Part shown: positions 26,725 through 39,530 of the stretch, one piece after another | How positions within the stretch are numbered: the stretch's first letter is position 1 | How the letters are laid out: every line of letters begins with the position of its first letter | Origin: Stegostoma tigrinum | Taxonomy: Eukaryota | Assembly (NCBI RefSeq): GCF_030684315.1 | Contig: NC_081356.1 | Span: 59,566,835-59,630,834, forward strand | Length of the DNA stretch: 64,000 nt | Direction of reading: 5' to 3' | Notes under the pieces: generated by a model | Database searches by the model: none | The model's input: only the letters and a program-made list of their open reading frames with translations | What the model was told of the DNA's origin: nothing | Made by a program: the position numbers and the translations under genes

Positions 26725-28290
26725 CTAAAGGTAGACAAGTCTCTTGGTCCTGATGGAATGGATGCCAGGGTACAAAAGAGATGGCTGGGGAAATAGCAAA
26801 TGTGCTCATGGTAATTTACCAAATTCACTGGATTCAGGGGCAGTTCCAGCAGATTGGAATATAGCAAATGTGACTCCACCATTTAAAAAAGGAGGAAGTC
26901 AAAATGTGGGTAACTATAGGCCCGTTAGCTTTAATGGCTGTGGTGGGGAAAATGCTTGAATCTATCATCAAGAAGAAATAGCGAGACATCAGGATAGAAA
27001 TTATTCCTATATGGCTGATGCAGTATGGATTCATGGAAGACAGGTCATGTTCAAATAATTTATTGGAATTCTTAAAGGACATTATGAGCACAGTGGACAA
27101 TGGATAACTGGTGGATATGGTGTATCTGGATTGTCAGAAGGCATTCAAGAAGGTGCCACACAAAATGTTGCTGTATCAGACAACATTGCATGGTATTATG
27201 GATAATGCATTAGCATGGATAGAAGATGGGCTAATCAACAGAAAGAAAAGGATGGAGATAAATTGCTGTTTTTCTGGTTAGCAATTAGTGCTAGCAGTGT
27301 GCCTCAGATATTGATGTTGGGACCACAATTGTTTACAATTTGAATAGATGATTTGGAGTTGGGGCCCAAGTGTAGTGTGTAAAAGTTCACAGATGGCACT
27401 AAGATGAATAGTAGACCAAAGTACTCAGAGGTCACTGAAGTCTACAGAGGTATACCAATATGTTAAGTGAGTGGACAAGCATCTGGTAGATGGAGTACAA
27501 TGTTGGTAAATGTGAGAACATCCATTTTCACAGGAGTAACAGCAAAATGGGCTATTATTTAAATGGTGAAAAATTACTGCATGCTGATGTGTGAAGGGAC
27601 CTGGATGTCCTTGTGCATGAGTCACAAAATGTCGATTTGCAGCTGCAGTAGATAATTAAGAAAGTAAATGGAATATTGTCCTTCATTGTGAGAGGAATGG
27701 CATTCAAAAATAGAGAGGTAATGCTGCAGCTGCTTAGGGTACTGGTGAGGCCACATCTGGAGTACAGTGTACAATTTTGGTCTCCTTACTTGGGAAATGA
27801 TGTAGTGGCACTGGAGGGGATGCAATCAAGATTCACAAGGTTGATTCTGAAATTGAGAGTGTTGGCTTATGCGAAAAATTGAGTAGACTAGGACCGTACT
27901 CATTGGAATTTAGGAGAATGAGGGGGCATCTCATAGAAACATATCAAATTATGAAGGGAATAGATAAGATAGAAGCAGGGAGGTTGTTTTCACTGATGGA
28001 TGAAACTAAAACTAGGGGGCATAGCTTCAAAATAATGGCGAGCACATAAAGGACTGAGTTGAGAAAGAACTTCTACACCCAAAGGGTTCTGATTCTCTGG
28101 GATTCCATGCCCGGTGTAGCAGTTGAGGCTGACAGATTTTGAACAGTAAAGGAAGTAAGGGTTATAGGGAATGGGTGAGTAAGTGGAGCTGAGTCCAGAA
28201 AAAAGATCAGCAATGATCTAATTGAGTGGTGGAGCAGGCTTGATGGGGCAGACTGGCTGCTCCTGCTCCTAGTTATCTTCTTATTATGTT
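26725..28290 (+). mobile_element. Host CR1, right part (RT to 3' end)
   Basis: KVDKS.GPDG, WNIANVTPPFKKG, VRPHLEYSVQFWSP, then the 3' tail. Confidence 0.88.
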
Positions 28291-29729
28291 CTAAGTTCAA
28301 AAGTGACATTTTGAACAGAAGGGTCCTTGACCGGTAAGTGGTGGTCAAGAATTTTTTTTCTTTAGCTTTAATTTCAGTCACCACAGTACCTATAACATTT
28401 TCGAGTAATGGCATTTAGGCTAGTGTAGAATATTACAGTACTGGGATTTAGAATGGTACCTAGACTGTTGCTTACAGAATAGTGTAATTAGTATTTTTTT
28501 AGTGAAAATCTAACATGAAACACCATCTAGTTAGCTGTAATGTAATTGAATTGAAATTTACTTTTAATTAAATATTTGCTGGGAGTAATAATGGAGGTCA
28601 GTAGGGTAGTCTGCTTCCACTGCAGAATGTGGGAAATAAGACACAGTTCAACATCCCTGACAATGACATCTGTAGAAAATGTGGCTCCTGTCGGACCATA
28701 TGGATCTGCTGGGATGGCAGTTGGACGTGCTTAGGAACATGCAGGAGACGGAAGGTGTCACAGACATAGAGTTTTAGAAATGCAGTCACATCCATGGTTC
28801 AGGCAGGTAGATGGGTGACTGCTGGAGGGGCAGCGCAAGAGTCCCCTGTGGCTATCCCCCTCCCTAACAAGTATACCGTTTCACTGGGGAGGGTTCCCCA
28901 TCAGGGAATGGGAACAGCAGCATCCAGAATGGTGGCACCACAGCTGGCTTTGTTGTACAGCAGGGAGGGTCAAAGTACAGTTAAACAAGTAGTAAGAGGG
29001 GACTGTATAGTTAAGGGCGCAGACAGACATTTCTGTGGCCGCAAAAGAGATTTCAGGATGGTGTGTTGCCTCACTGGTGCCAGTGTCAAGGGAGATCAAG
29101 AAGCCAGAGGTCACGGTACACATTGGCACTAATGACTAGGGCAGGAAGAGTGTGAAGTCCTGCTAAGGGATTTCAGGGAGTTAGGTAGCAAGTTGAAAAG
29201 CAGAAACACCAGGGTAATAATTATGGGATTACTCGCTGTGCCACATGCCAGTGAGGCTAGGAACAGGAAGAGAGTAGAGTTAACTACTTGCCTATAGCAC
29301 AGGAGGGAGGGCTTGAGGTATGAGGATAATTTGGAGGTCTTCCAAAAAAGCTGGAACCTGTACAAGAAGTATGGATTGCACCTCAACTGGCTGGGCACCA
29401 ATAACTTGGCAGGGAGGTTTGCTAGCATCACTCGGGAAGGTTTAAACTAGTGCGGCAGTGGGGCAGGAACAGGAGCAATAGAACTGCAAGAGAAATGACC
29501 AAGGAGTAGTCGGAGAGTAAGGCCACTAAGACTGTGAAGAAGAAGACAGGGAAGAGTTACTGAGCAAAAACAAAGTTGCTGGAAAAGCTCAGCAGGTCTG
29601 GCAGCATCTGTGGAGGACAAAACAGAGTTAACGTATTGCGTCCGGTGACCCTTCCTCAGAACTGGCGAAGGGTCAATAGACCTGAAACGTTAACTCTGTT
29701 TTCTCCTCCAGTGCTGAGCTTTTCTAGCA

Positions 29730-30965
29730 TAGCAAGGTGGAGAGCTGGATGAATACAGCAGGCCAAACAGCATCATAGGAGCAGGAAAGCTGACGTTTCC
29801 GTCCTAGACCCTTCTTCAGAAATGGGGAAGGGGACGGGGGTTCTGAAATAAATAGGGAGAGGGCGGAGGTGGATGGAAAATGGATAGAGGACAAGGTAGG
29901 TGGGAAGGAGATAGACTGGTCAAAGAGTCGGAGATGGAGCCAGTAAAGGTGAGTGTAGGTGGGGAGGTAGGGAGGACATAGGTCAGTCCAGGGAGGATGG
30001 AGAGGTCAAGGGGACAGGATGAGGTTAGTAGGTAGGAAATGGAGTGGGGCTTGAGATGGGAGGAGGGGATAGTTGGGAGCAAGGACAGGTTAGGAGGGCA
30101 GGGACGAGCTGGGCTAGTTTTGGGATACGGTAGGGGGAGGGGAGATTTTGAAACTTGTGAATATGAAGTGGGAAGAGGGGATAGGTGGGAGGAAGGACAG
30201 GTTAAGGAGGCAGGGATGAGCTCGGCTGGTTTTGGGATGCGGTAGGGTGAGGGGGGTTTTTGAAGCATGTGAAGTCCACACAGATACCGTTGGGCTGGAG
30301 GGTTCCCAAGCGAAATATGAATTTCTGTTCCTGCAACCTTTGGGTAGTATCGTTGTGGCACTGCAGGAGGCCCAGGAAGGACATGTCGTCTGCTGAAGAG
30401 AGGGGGAGTTGAAGTTGTTCGCGACTGGGAGGTGTAGTTGTTTAGTGCGAACCGAGTGTAGGTGTTCTGCAAAGCAGTCCCCAAGCCTCCGCTTGGTTTC
30501 CCCAATTTAGAGGAGGCCACAACGGGAACAGCGGATGCAGTATACCACATTGGCAGATGTGCAGGTGAACAACTGCTTGATGTGGAAAGTCTTCTTGAGG
30601 CCTGGAATGGGGGTGAGTGGGGAGGTGTGGAGGCAAGTGTAGCACATCCTGCAGTTGCAGGGAAAAGTGCCTGGTGTGATGGGGCTGGAGGGGAGTGTGG
30701 AGTGGACAAGCGAGTCACGGAGAGAGTGGTCTCTCCAGAAGGCAGATAAGGGTGGGGAGGGAAAAATATCTTTGGTGGTGGGGTGGATTGCAGATGGCAG
30801 AAGCGTTGGAGGATGATGCGTTGTATCTGGAGGTTGGTGGGGTGGTACATAAGGATGATGGGGATTCTGCTTTGGTTTTTATTTTTGCAGGGAGGGGTTG
30901 TGAGGGATGAGTTGCAGGAAATGTGGGAGACACAGTCGAGGGCGATCTTGACCACTGAGGGGGGG
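29730..30965 (-). mobile_element. Penelope-like element, left arm of inverted pair
   Basis: QSRIPIILMYHPTNLQIQRII, GIY-YIG region, then a pLTR with hammerhead remnant. Confidence 0.9.
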
Positions 30966-30972
30966 GAAGGTT

Positions 30973-32141
30973 TCAAGGACCACAAACTCGCCCCTCAGTG
31001 GTCGAGAACACCCTCAACTGTGTCTCCCGCATTTCCCACAACTCATCCCTCACATCCCCTCCCTGCAATAAGAACCAAAACAGAATCCCCCTCGTACTCA
31101 GGTACCACCCCACCAACCTCCAGATCCAACGCATCATCCTCCGACACTTCTGCCATCTACATTCCAACCCCATCACCAAAGACATTTTTCCCTCCCCACC
31201 CTTGTCTGCCATCTGGAGGGACCACGCTCTCCATGACTCCCTTGTCCGCTCCATAATCCCCTCCAGCCCCACCACACCTTTTCAATGCAACTGCAGGAAG
31301 TGCTGCACCTGCCCCTACACCTCCTCTCTCACCCACATCGCAGGTCCCAAGAAGGCTTTCCATATCAAGCAGATGTTCACCTGCACATCTGCTAATGTGG
31401 TATATTGCATCCGCTGTTCCCGTTGTGGCCTCCTCTACGTTGGAAAACCAAATGGAGGATGGGGGACCGCTTTGCAGAACACCTCCGCTCGGTTTGCACT
31501 AAACAACTACACCTCCCAGTCGTGAACCATTTCAACTCCCCCTCCCATTCCGCAGATAATATGTCCATCCTGGGCCTCCTGCAGTGCCACAATGATGCTA
31601 CCCGAAAGTTGCAGGAACAGCAACTCATATTCTGCTTGGGAACCCTGCAGCCCAACGGTATCAGTTTAGACTTCACAAGCTTCAAAATCCCCCCCTCCCC
31701 CTACCACCTCCCAAAACCAGCCCAGCTCGTCCCTGCCTACCTATCCTGCCCTTCCTCCCAACTATTCCCTCGTCCCACCTTAAGCCCCACCCCATTTCCT
31801 ACCTACTAACCTCATCCCACCCCCTTGACCTCTCCATCCTCCCTGGATTGACCTATCTCCTCCCTACCTCCCCACCTACACTCATCTTTACAGGCTCCCT
31901 CCCCATCTCTTTGACCGGTCTATCTCCTCTCCACCTATCTTCTCACCTATCCATCGTCTATCCGCGTCCCCCTCTCTCCCTATTTATTTCAGAACCCCCT
32001 TTCCCCCCGCCATTTCTGAAGAAGGGTCTAGGCCTGAAACGTCAGCTTTCCTGCTCCTATGATGCCGCTTATCTTGCTGTGTTCACCCAGCTCTACACCT
32101 TGTTATCCTGGATTCTCCAGCATTTGCAGTTCCTACAATCT
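30973..32141 (+). mobile_element. Penelope-like element, right arm of inverted pair
   Basis: CNCRKCCTC Zn-linker, FTCTSANVVYCIRCSRCGLLYVG (GIY-YIG) and EQQLIFCLGTLQPNG. pLTR with hammerhead motif at 32016-32045. Confidence 0.92.
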
Positions 32142-34315
32142 CTGAGCTTTTCCAGCAACTTTGTTTTTGTTCCTGATTTACAGCATCCGCAGTTCTTTTG
32201 GTTTTTATTGACAAGTTACTAAACATGGTAGGATTGGCAGTCTGAAGTAACTTAACGTTTGGATTGGGGGGCAACTTTTTCGTAGTGAGAGTGGATTGTC
32301 TGTGAAGGGAACAGCCAGAGGAAGTTGTAGACACAGGTACAGTTACAATTTTTAAAAGACTTTTGGACAGGTACGTGAATAAGAAAGATTTAGAGACATA
32401 TGGGCCCAATGCAGAAAAATGGGACAAGTTTAGTTTGGGAAACTTGCGTTAACATGAATGAGTTGGACTGAAGGGTCTGTTTCCATGCTGTAGGATTCTA
32501 TGACTATGATTCTTGTATGTATAACTACGATGTTGCAGCTATTACAGAGATTTGTTTGAGAGAGAGTCAAGACTGGTAGCTCAATGTTTGGGGATTTAGA
32601 TGTTTTAGGCGAGATAGATAGGGATGTAAAAGAGGGAGGTGAGTTGTATTACTGATAAGGGAGAATATCACAGCTGTACATCTTGGAGGGATCATCCAGT
32701 GAGTCCATATGGGTACAGCTCATAGGAAGAGTGCAAATCTTTTGAAGGGGTTTTACTACAGGAGTTTGAACAGCCAGTGGGAGATAGAACAATAGATATG
32801 TGGATGGATTATGGAAAAATTGTAAAAATAGCATTGTTGTCGTGGGAATTTTAGCCTCCCCTCTATACTGCCTTTGTGCCAGGGGCATGCATACGGGTGG
32901 AATTTGTCGGGTGCATCCAGGAGGGTTTTTTTTTAAAACAATGTGTAAATAATTCAACTAAGGAAGGGGCCATACTAGACCTGGTATTGGGGAATGAGAC
33001 TGGCCAGCTGATCAAAATTTCAGTGAGGGAATGTTTTGAGAACAGTGACCATAGTTCTATTAGTTTTAAGTTACTTATGGAAAAGGGTAAGAGCATCCCT
33101 GAGGTGAAAGTACTAAACTGGAGGAAGACTAATTGTGGCAATATTCAGCAGGGCTGGTTAATGTGCATTGGGTCACCTGGTTGAGGGTAAGTCAACACCT
33201 GTCATGTGGAAATCTTTTAAAGGCCATTTGATTAGAGTTCAGGATCAACATATTCCTGTGAAAATGAAGGATAAAAATGTGTGATTTGGGAATCTTAGAT
33301 GACAAAAGAAATTGTGAGCTAGGCAGAAACAGAAAGGAAACTTATGTAAAGTTAGGAAACAGAAGGCAGACAGAGCTTTTAAAGAATATAAAGAAAGCAG
33401 GAAAAAGCTTAAACAAGATGTTAGGTGGCTAAAAGGAGCCATGACATGTCCTTGGCAAACAGGTTTAGGGAAAATCCTAAGGCACTCTATACATATGTAT
33501 GGAGCATGAGGGTAGCTAGGGAAAAGATAGATTTACTCAAGGCCAAAGGAGGAAATTTATGCATGGAACTAGAGGAAGTGGATGAGGCCCTATAAATGAA
33601 AACTTTGCATTTTTATTCAAAGGATACATGGCACAGTGGATGGTGAGTCTCAGGAGGGGTATGTTGACGTTCTAGAGCGCATTGACATAAAAAAAACGAG
33701 GAGATGGGTGTTTTGAAAAGCATGCAGGTAAATAAGTCCCAAAGACTTGATGGGATCTATCCCAGAGTACTCAGAGAGACGAAGGATAAAATTCCTAGGG
33801 CGTTATATGACATTTTTGTATCCTCTTCAGTCACAAGAGAGGTCCTAGAAGACTGCAGAATAGCCAATGTTGTTCCTTTGTTCAAAAAAGGAGCAAAGAT
33901 AATCTGGGAAATTACAGGTTGGAAATTACAGCAATGGTAGGGAAATTATTAAAGACGATTGTTAGGGACGGGATTTACTCACATTTGGAAAACTATGGAC
34001 TTATTAATGATAGTTTACATGGCTTTTGTTGGGGAAGTCATGTCTCACAAACTTGATTGAATTTTTTGAGAAAGACAGAAAAGATGATTGATGAGGACAG
34101 GGAAATAGATGTCGTCTACATGGACTTTAGCAAGGCCTTTGATAAGGTTCCTCATGGCAGATTAAAACAGAATGTGAAGTCATATGGGATTCACAGTGAG
34201 CTGGCGAAATGAGTAAAGAACTAATCTGGTTATCGAAAACATAGGGATCAGAGTGTTTTTCTGACTGGGAGATCTGTCATCAGTAGCGTGCACAGGGATC
34301 ATTGCTGGGATCCCT

Positions 34316-34508
34316 GATAACAAAGTATGGGGCTGGATGAGCACAGCAGGCCAAGCAACATCTTCGGAGCATAAATGCTGACGTTTCGGGCCGAGACCCT
34401 TCACGTCAGCTTTTGTGTTCCTAAGATGCTGCTTGGCCTGCTGTGTTCATCCAGCCCCACACTTTGTTATCTTGGATTATCCAGCATCTGCAGTTCTCAT
34501 TATATCTT
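34316..34508. mobile_element. Palindromic pLTR element (family 1)
   Basis: Inverted arms. TSD attgctgggatccct / attgctggggtcctt, inside the CR1 QGSLLG motif. Confidence 0.85.
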
Positions 34509-36134
34509 ATTGCTGGGGTCCTTATCGTTTATAATGTGTATAAATGATTTGGAGGAGAATGTGGGTAGCCTGATTAGCAAATTTGCAGATGACACAAGGA
34601 TTGTGGGAGCTGCAGATAGTTAGGCATATACAACAAGATATACATAAGCTGGAGACTCAGGCAGAGAAATGGCAGATGGAATTTAATCCAGACTATTATG
34701 AGGTGATGTACTTTGGAAGGTCTTATGCAAGGGGGAAGTAACAATAAATGGCAAAACTCTTAGAAGCATTAACATTCAGAGGGATCGAGACGCACAGGTC
34801 CATAGTGCCTTGAAAGTGGAAACACAAATAGATGAGGTGATCAACAAGGCATATTTCATGTTTACCTTCATCAACTGGGGCATAGAATATAAAATTTGGC
34901 AAGTCATGTTACAATTGTATAAAATGTTAGTTAGACCAGGTTTGGAATGTTGCACACAGTTCTGGTCACCCCACTAACAAAAGGATGTGGAGGCTTTGTA
35001 AACAGTACAGAAATAGTTTACCAGGATGTTGCTCGATTTGGAGGGTATTAGCTGTGAGGAGAGACTGGACAAACTTGGTTTGTTTTCACTTGAATGTTGG
35101 AGGCTGAGGGTGACCTGATAGAAGTTTACAAAATTATGGGACAAATAGATAGAATGGATAGTCAGAGGCTTTTTCCTAGAGTAGAAATATCAATTACTAG
35201 CGGGCTTGGGTTTTAGGTAAAAGGGAGAAAGTTTAAAGGAGATGTGAGAGGCAAGTTTTTACTGAGAGAGTGGTAAGTGCCTTGAGTGTGCTGCCAGTGG
35301 AGGTGGTAGAAGCAGATACAATAGCATCATTTAAGAGGCATCTTGACATGATACAAGAATAGACAGGGAATAGAGGGATATGGACTGTGTTGAATCAAAA
35401 GGTTGTTAGTTTAGTAAATTGTTATGTGTTGGCGCAGGCTTGGAGGTCTGAAGGGCCTTTTCTTATGCTGTTCTGTCCTTTGTACTTTGTTCTCATTTCT
35501 CATGACTCAAATACACGTTTTCTTTACTGTTAGTCATTGTGGAAAGATCTGGAAACTGTCACCAGATATTTCAATTGGTTTCTGTTTGATTCTGTTATGC
35601 ATGACCACCAAATTACCTTGGTCTATTTCTGAGTGGAGGTGTTTTGCATGACCTCATCATCCTCCTTACAGAAGATTGTTTTGCTTAAAGTTAGAGGAGA
35701 AATTTCAAAATATTACTGCCTTGTGAAGTCCAGCGTTTGTAACAATGGTTAATTAATAGCTTTCACTTGGAGGTGTTGATTTCCTTGTCTGTATTGAACA
35801 ATAAGTAAACTGCATTTCATAGTCTGGTCACTGTACAAGTTTAGCGAAGATCTCTAGACACCCTTCCACCTCATTGTCTTAATACATTCGCCAGAAATCC
35901 AAAGAATATTTTGTGTTAGGTTTCACATGTGACATAATATTGGGATGCCAGTATGAGGGTACAAGTTCTGTATGAAGCAATTAACAATTGGTTTGCAGGG
36001 TGAATTTGCACTGAAGAATATGTCTAATCAATGTATAGTTATTGACAACAGATTAGATTTGCACCTTTATCATTTAGTCTTTAATTGGTGATAAATTAAG
36101 CAAGACCTCTCAAAAGCATCTGGCAGCAATATAA

Positions 36135-36268
36135 GAGATAATGGGAACTGCAGATGCTGGAGATTCCAAGATAATAGGATGAAGGGTCTAGGCCCGAAAC
36201 GTCAGCTTTTGTGCTCCTGAGATGCTGCTTGGCCTGCTGTGTTCATCCAGCCTCACATTTTATTATCT
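36135..36268. mobile_element. Palindromic pLTR element (family 1)
   Basis: Flanking direct repeat tggcagcaatataa (36121-36134, 36269-36282). Confidence 0.88.
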
Positions 36269-39200
36269 TGGCAGCAATATAATCCTTTATTTTGTAGTGC
36301 ATGGCTGTTTTGTTTACTATGTGAGCCTTTTAAAAAATTACTGTGTAGCACTGCGTATGTATGTCAACTGGAAGAGGCTAAGTTGTAGACAGCCTGTTGG
36401 GAATTTCCAGCTTGCTGTGTGGCTGTGCAGCTCAGGTGGAACATGCCACACAACCATCACATGATTAAGATGGATCTGCAGAAATTGGAAAAACACAAAA
36501 GGAAGCAAACTATTTATAATATTTGAAAATACCCTTTGGTGTTCCTTTCGTAATGTACATTTTTTATTCTTCAAATATTTTTTGCCCATTGCTCAGAGTA
36601 TAAACCTATGAACCCATATCATTGATGATGATTTTGTAGTGTTTATAAAGCTGCTTTCTACAAGGTGAAATTATAAAATTATGGGAAAGTCAAAAGTAAA
36701 AGAATTACTTTTCCTGCCATCTGTTAAAATATATAAGTATAAATACATTGTCATAAGGATGAATAAAATCTGTATAACCTGTATATTCTGTTATGAAAGC
36801 AGCGTTGTGATGTGTGCCTGGAAGCAAGGGCTGATCGATATGGTTGAGAAGGGATGAAGGAAAATCTGTTTTAAGCATTCCCAGCAACAAAGGGAATTTG
36901 AGAATAAAAGAAAAATACCACAGATACTGGAATAACTTATTCTATCAGGAAAATCTTAACAATGGTTAAATCACATTAAACTAAAAGCTGAGCTGCAGGA
37001 AGATTGATAGACTTTGTTAGTCAAAGACAGCCGATAACCAAGGAAAAATCTTGTGTGCTATGAAATCAGACAGAGGCTCTTGGTATTGAGATTATACATC
37101 ATTAAACTGCACTCAGTGTTGCTCAAAAACTTTAATCCTCCAGAGTCTCTAGGCATTATTGCATTCCTCCAGAGTATCCTCTGTATCCCATTTATAGTTT
37201 CTTTCAGCCTGTTCACATTCCTTTGTGATTCTTCAAAAGTTCTCTCCTTTTTCTGTACTTACCGCAGAAGCGTTTTGATTTCTTATCAGTATTTGAACCA
37301 AAAGCAATGGAGTGGAACAATGCTCAACTTTGTTCGATGAAGTGGACCACTTACTGTGTCTATTTGCAGTGACAGGAGGTTGGTCATCTTGGCCTTCCCC
37401 AGCCATCCTTCCCAAAGATCAGCTGACCAGCCATTCTGATGGAGATAATAAACAGGCTGAAATAATGAATTTGGGCGTACCCCTTAGTGTACTCCTCAAT
37501 GGCAGTACAACCCTCCCAGCTCCTGCTTTCCAGCAGCTGGTGTAGTAAAAGCTGCCAAGCAGTGACAAAAGTAGACGCTAATTGTGCACTCAAGGTCCTC
37601 AATTTGCTGATGGGTGGGTAGACTATCAGATATCGTAATGTGGGGTGGGGAGGAAAGTGGTAGACTAGAACCCATTTTATTCTGTGTCCCCAGTCTTTAA
37701 AAATAGTCATTTAGTGAGAGGCACTTTGCTATTTCCCTTGAGTTGCAGCTCGTCTCAACAACAAGACAACCTACCTTTACAAAGCAGGTTAATGTCGGAA
37801 AATGTGATTAAAGTACATTACGGAAATGAGTATCAAGCTAATCTTGATACCAAGTAACATTTTACATCTGAGTATCAAAATTATACTTATAAAGGTAGTT
37901 TTTAAGTACCATCTTAAAGAAAGAAAGAGTTGGAAAGGTGATGAGGCATAGAGTGGGAGTTCCAGAAATTAGGACACAGGCATCTAATGACATCTAATAT
38001 GGGTGCCATTTTCTTAAATTAAAAAAAAATTTCTCTGACAGAATGTACTAGAATATAGAAGGAGCTTTAAAGGATTGACTACCCCCTGGATAGTAAGAGA
38101 TTGAACTCTCCCCTGGGTTATATATGTTGTTCCTGAGAATTGAGCAGTGAGGGGAAACAGGAATTCTTCATACTGGAAATTATGCTTGCTAATAGGTAAT
38201 CAATGTACTCTGAGGGCAGTAAGCTGAATGAAATGTACCAGCTTCATGGTAGCTGAAAGGGTTAAACCAGAGGGAGCAGGCTCAACACAATTTTCATTAA
38301 ATAAAATTGATGAGCAATCTTGAATGGGAGAGACACAGAGGCATTTTATATGACACATGATATATGTGTGGCCAAACATATAGTGTCCCAGGTGCTGGAG
38401 TTACTGAATATGTGGGAGAGATATGTTTCAGAGTGTGCTTATAGGTCACAGGGCATCCATCAAGCTCATGCAAATATCAGATTGATGAGTTTCAGTCTGT
38501 CTTTTCCAGTCTGCTTCTTTTCTGGTTGACTAATATCTTATAACATTTATTATGATGTTAGCGTTTAATATAGTTTAGTTTACAAACAGGTAAATGAGTG
38601 ATATTTTCCATGCTGTCGCCATCATTTTGTTCCTTTCCTCGTTATCAGAATTCTAAAGACCTGGGTCACAGCAGCAGAACTAACAGAAAAACCTTTGACA
38701 TTGCGAGTGTGACAACAGGTCATACCGTTCATTTATAAACAAGAATCCAAGACAAATCATCTCTAATGCAATGATTTAGAAATAATTGCATTAGTCGCCA
38801 TTAGACTTTGTGGGAGCTAACATTTTTAAAAAAAAATCACATGGATCATCAATTCTAGTTGTGTGAAAATATCTTGTCAACCCCAAATTAACAAAATAAT
38901 TTTTAATTAAACAGAGGCCTTAAAATAATCCATCAGTAGGAATAACAATGAAGTTTTGACTTCTGATTGCAAGATAAACATATTGTGATTTCTCTGCTTT
39001 TTAAATGATGTGTACAATTTGATTCATTTCTGCATTAGTTTCTGAATTCCAACTTTTGAAAATAAGTCACATACCCAGGATTAAAATAAAGTTCATTTAT
39101 TATTCAGGGAAAATATTTGTAAATTTTCTGTAGAAGAAATAATGACTAAAGACAGTCTTAAAAATCATTTGATTAATTAACCAATTTTGCAGAAATGGTG

Positions 39201-39284
39201 GTTTTGAAACGTATCTAGGACTTTTATTGTTTGATATTCTAGTTCTTCTTTAAGAAGAAAGAAGTTGTAATTGTGTAGCAACTT

Positions 39285-39530
39285 ATTACATTTGTGGATT
39301 GAGATTTGAGAGATCCCACATGTTTGACCCTTGGAAGAAGCCAGTTGCACCGAAGTTTAGTGCAGCTGTCACCTTGATGGCCATTGGAATAGGATAGTCA
39401 TCTGCCTTTTCAGTTTATGTCCCATTTCAGCAGTTGACACATAGTGATAGTGTACTGGGACATCCTCAGTCTGGAATGGCAATAAACCTCATTAATCTGG
39501 GGAAATGACATTGAGGATGATAGAACCTTA
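39285..39530 (-). pseudogene. Harbinger/PIF transposase N-terminal relic
   Basis: Minus-strand translation gives ..YCHSRLRMSQ..CQLL..PIPMAIKVTAALNFGATGFFQG, resembling the HARBI1/Harbinger HTH region. The element may extend to a TIR-like gaaaattctgccc at ~42150-42165. Confidence 0.65.

Larger units (their letters stand above)
29567..32210. mobile_element. Family-2 palindromic pLTR element split by a larger PLE insertion
   Basis: Pieces at 29567-29729 and 32142-32210. Imperfect flanking repeat agttactgagca / agttactaaaca. Confidence 0.7.
28300..35490 (+). mobile_element. Older near-full-length CR1 with nested insertions
   Basis: Zn-finger and esterase ORF1 remnants at 28590-29450 (VRGDCIVKG..MVCCLTGA). 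APE ILDLVLGN..SDHS. RT SKFADDT. 3' tail at ~35480. Confidence 0.85.

Noticed and set aside
29816-30985. The 389-aa ORF as a novel protein
   Set aside because: Frameshifted Penelope sequence running into a pyrimidine-rich UTR.
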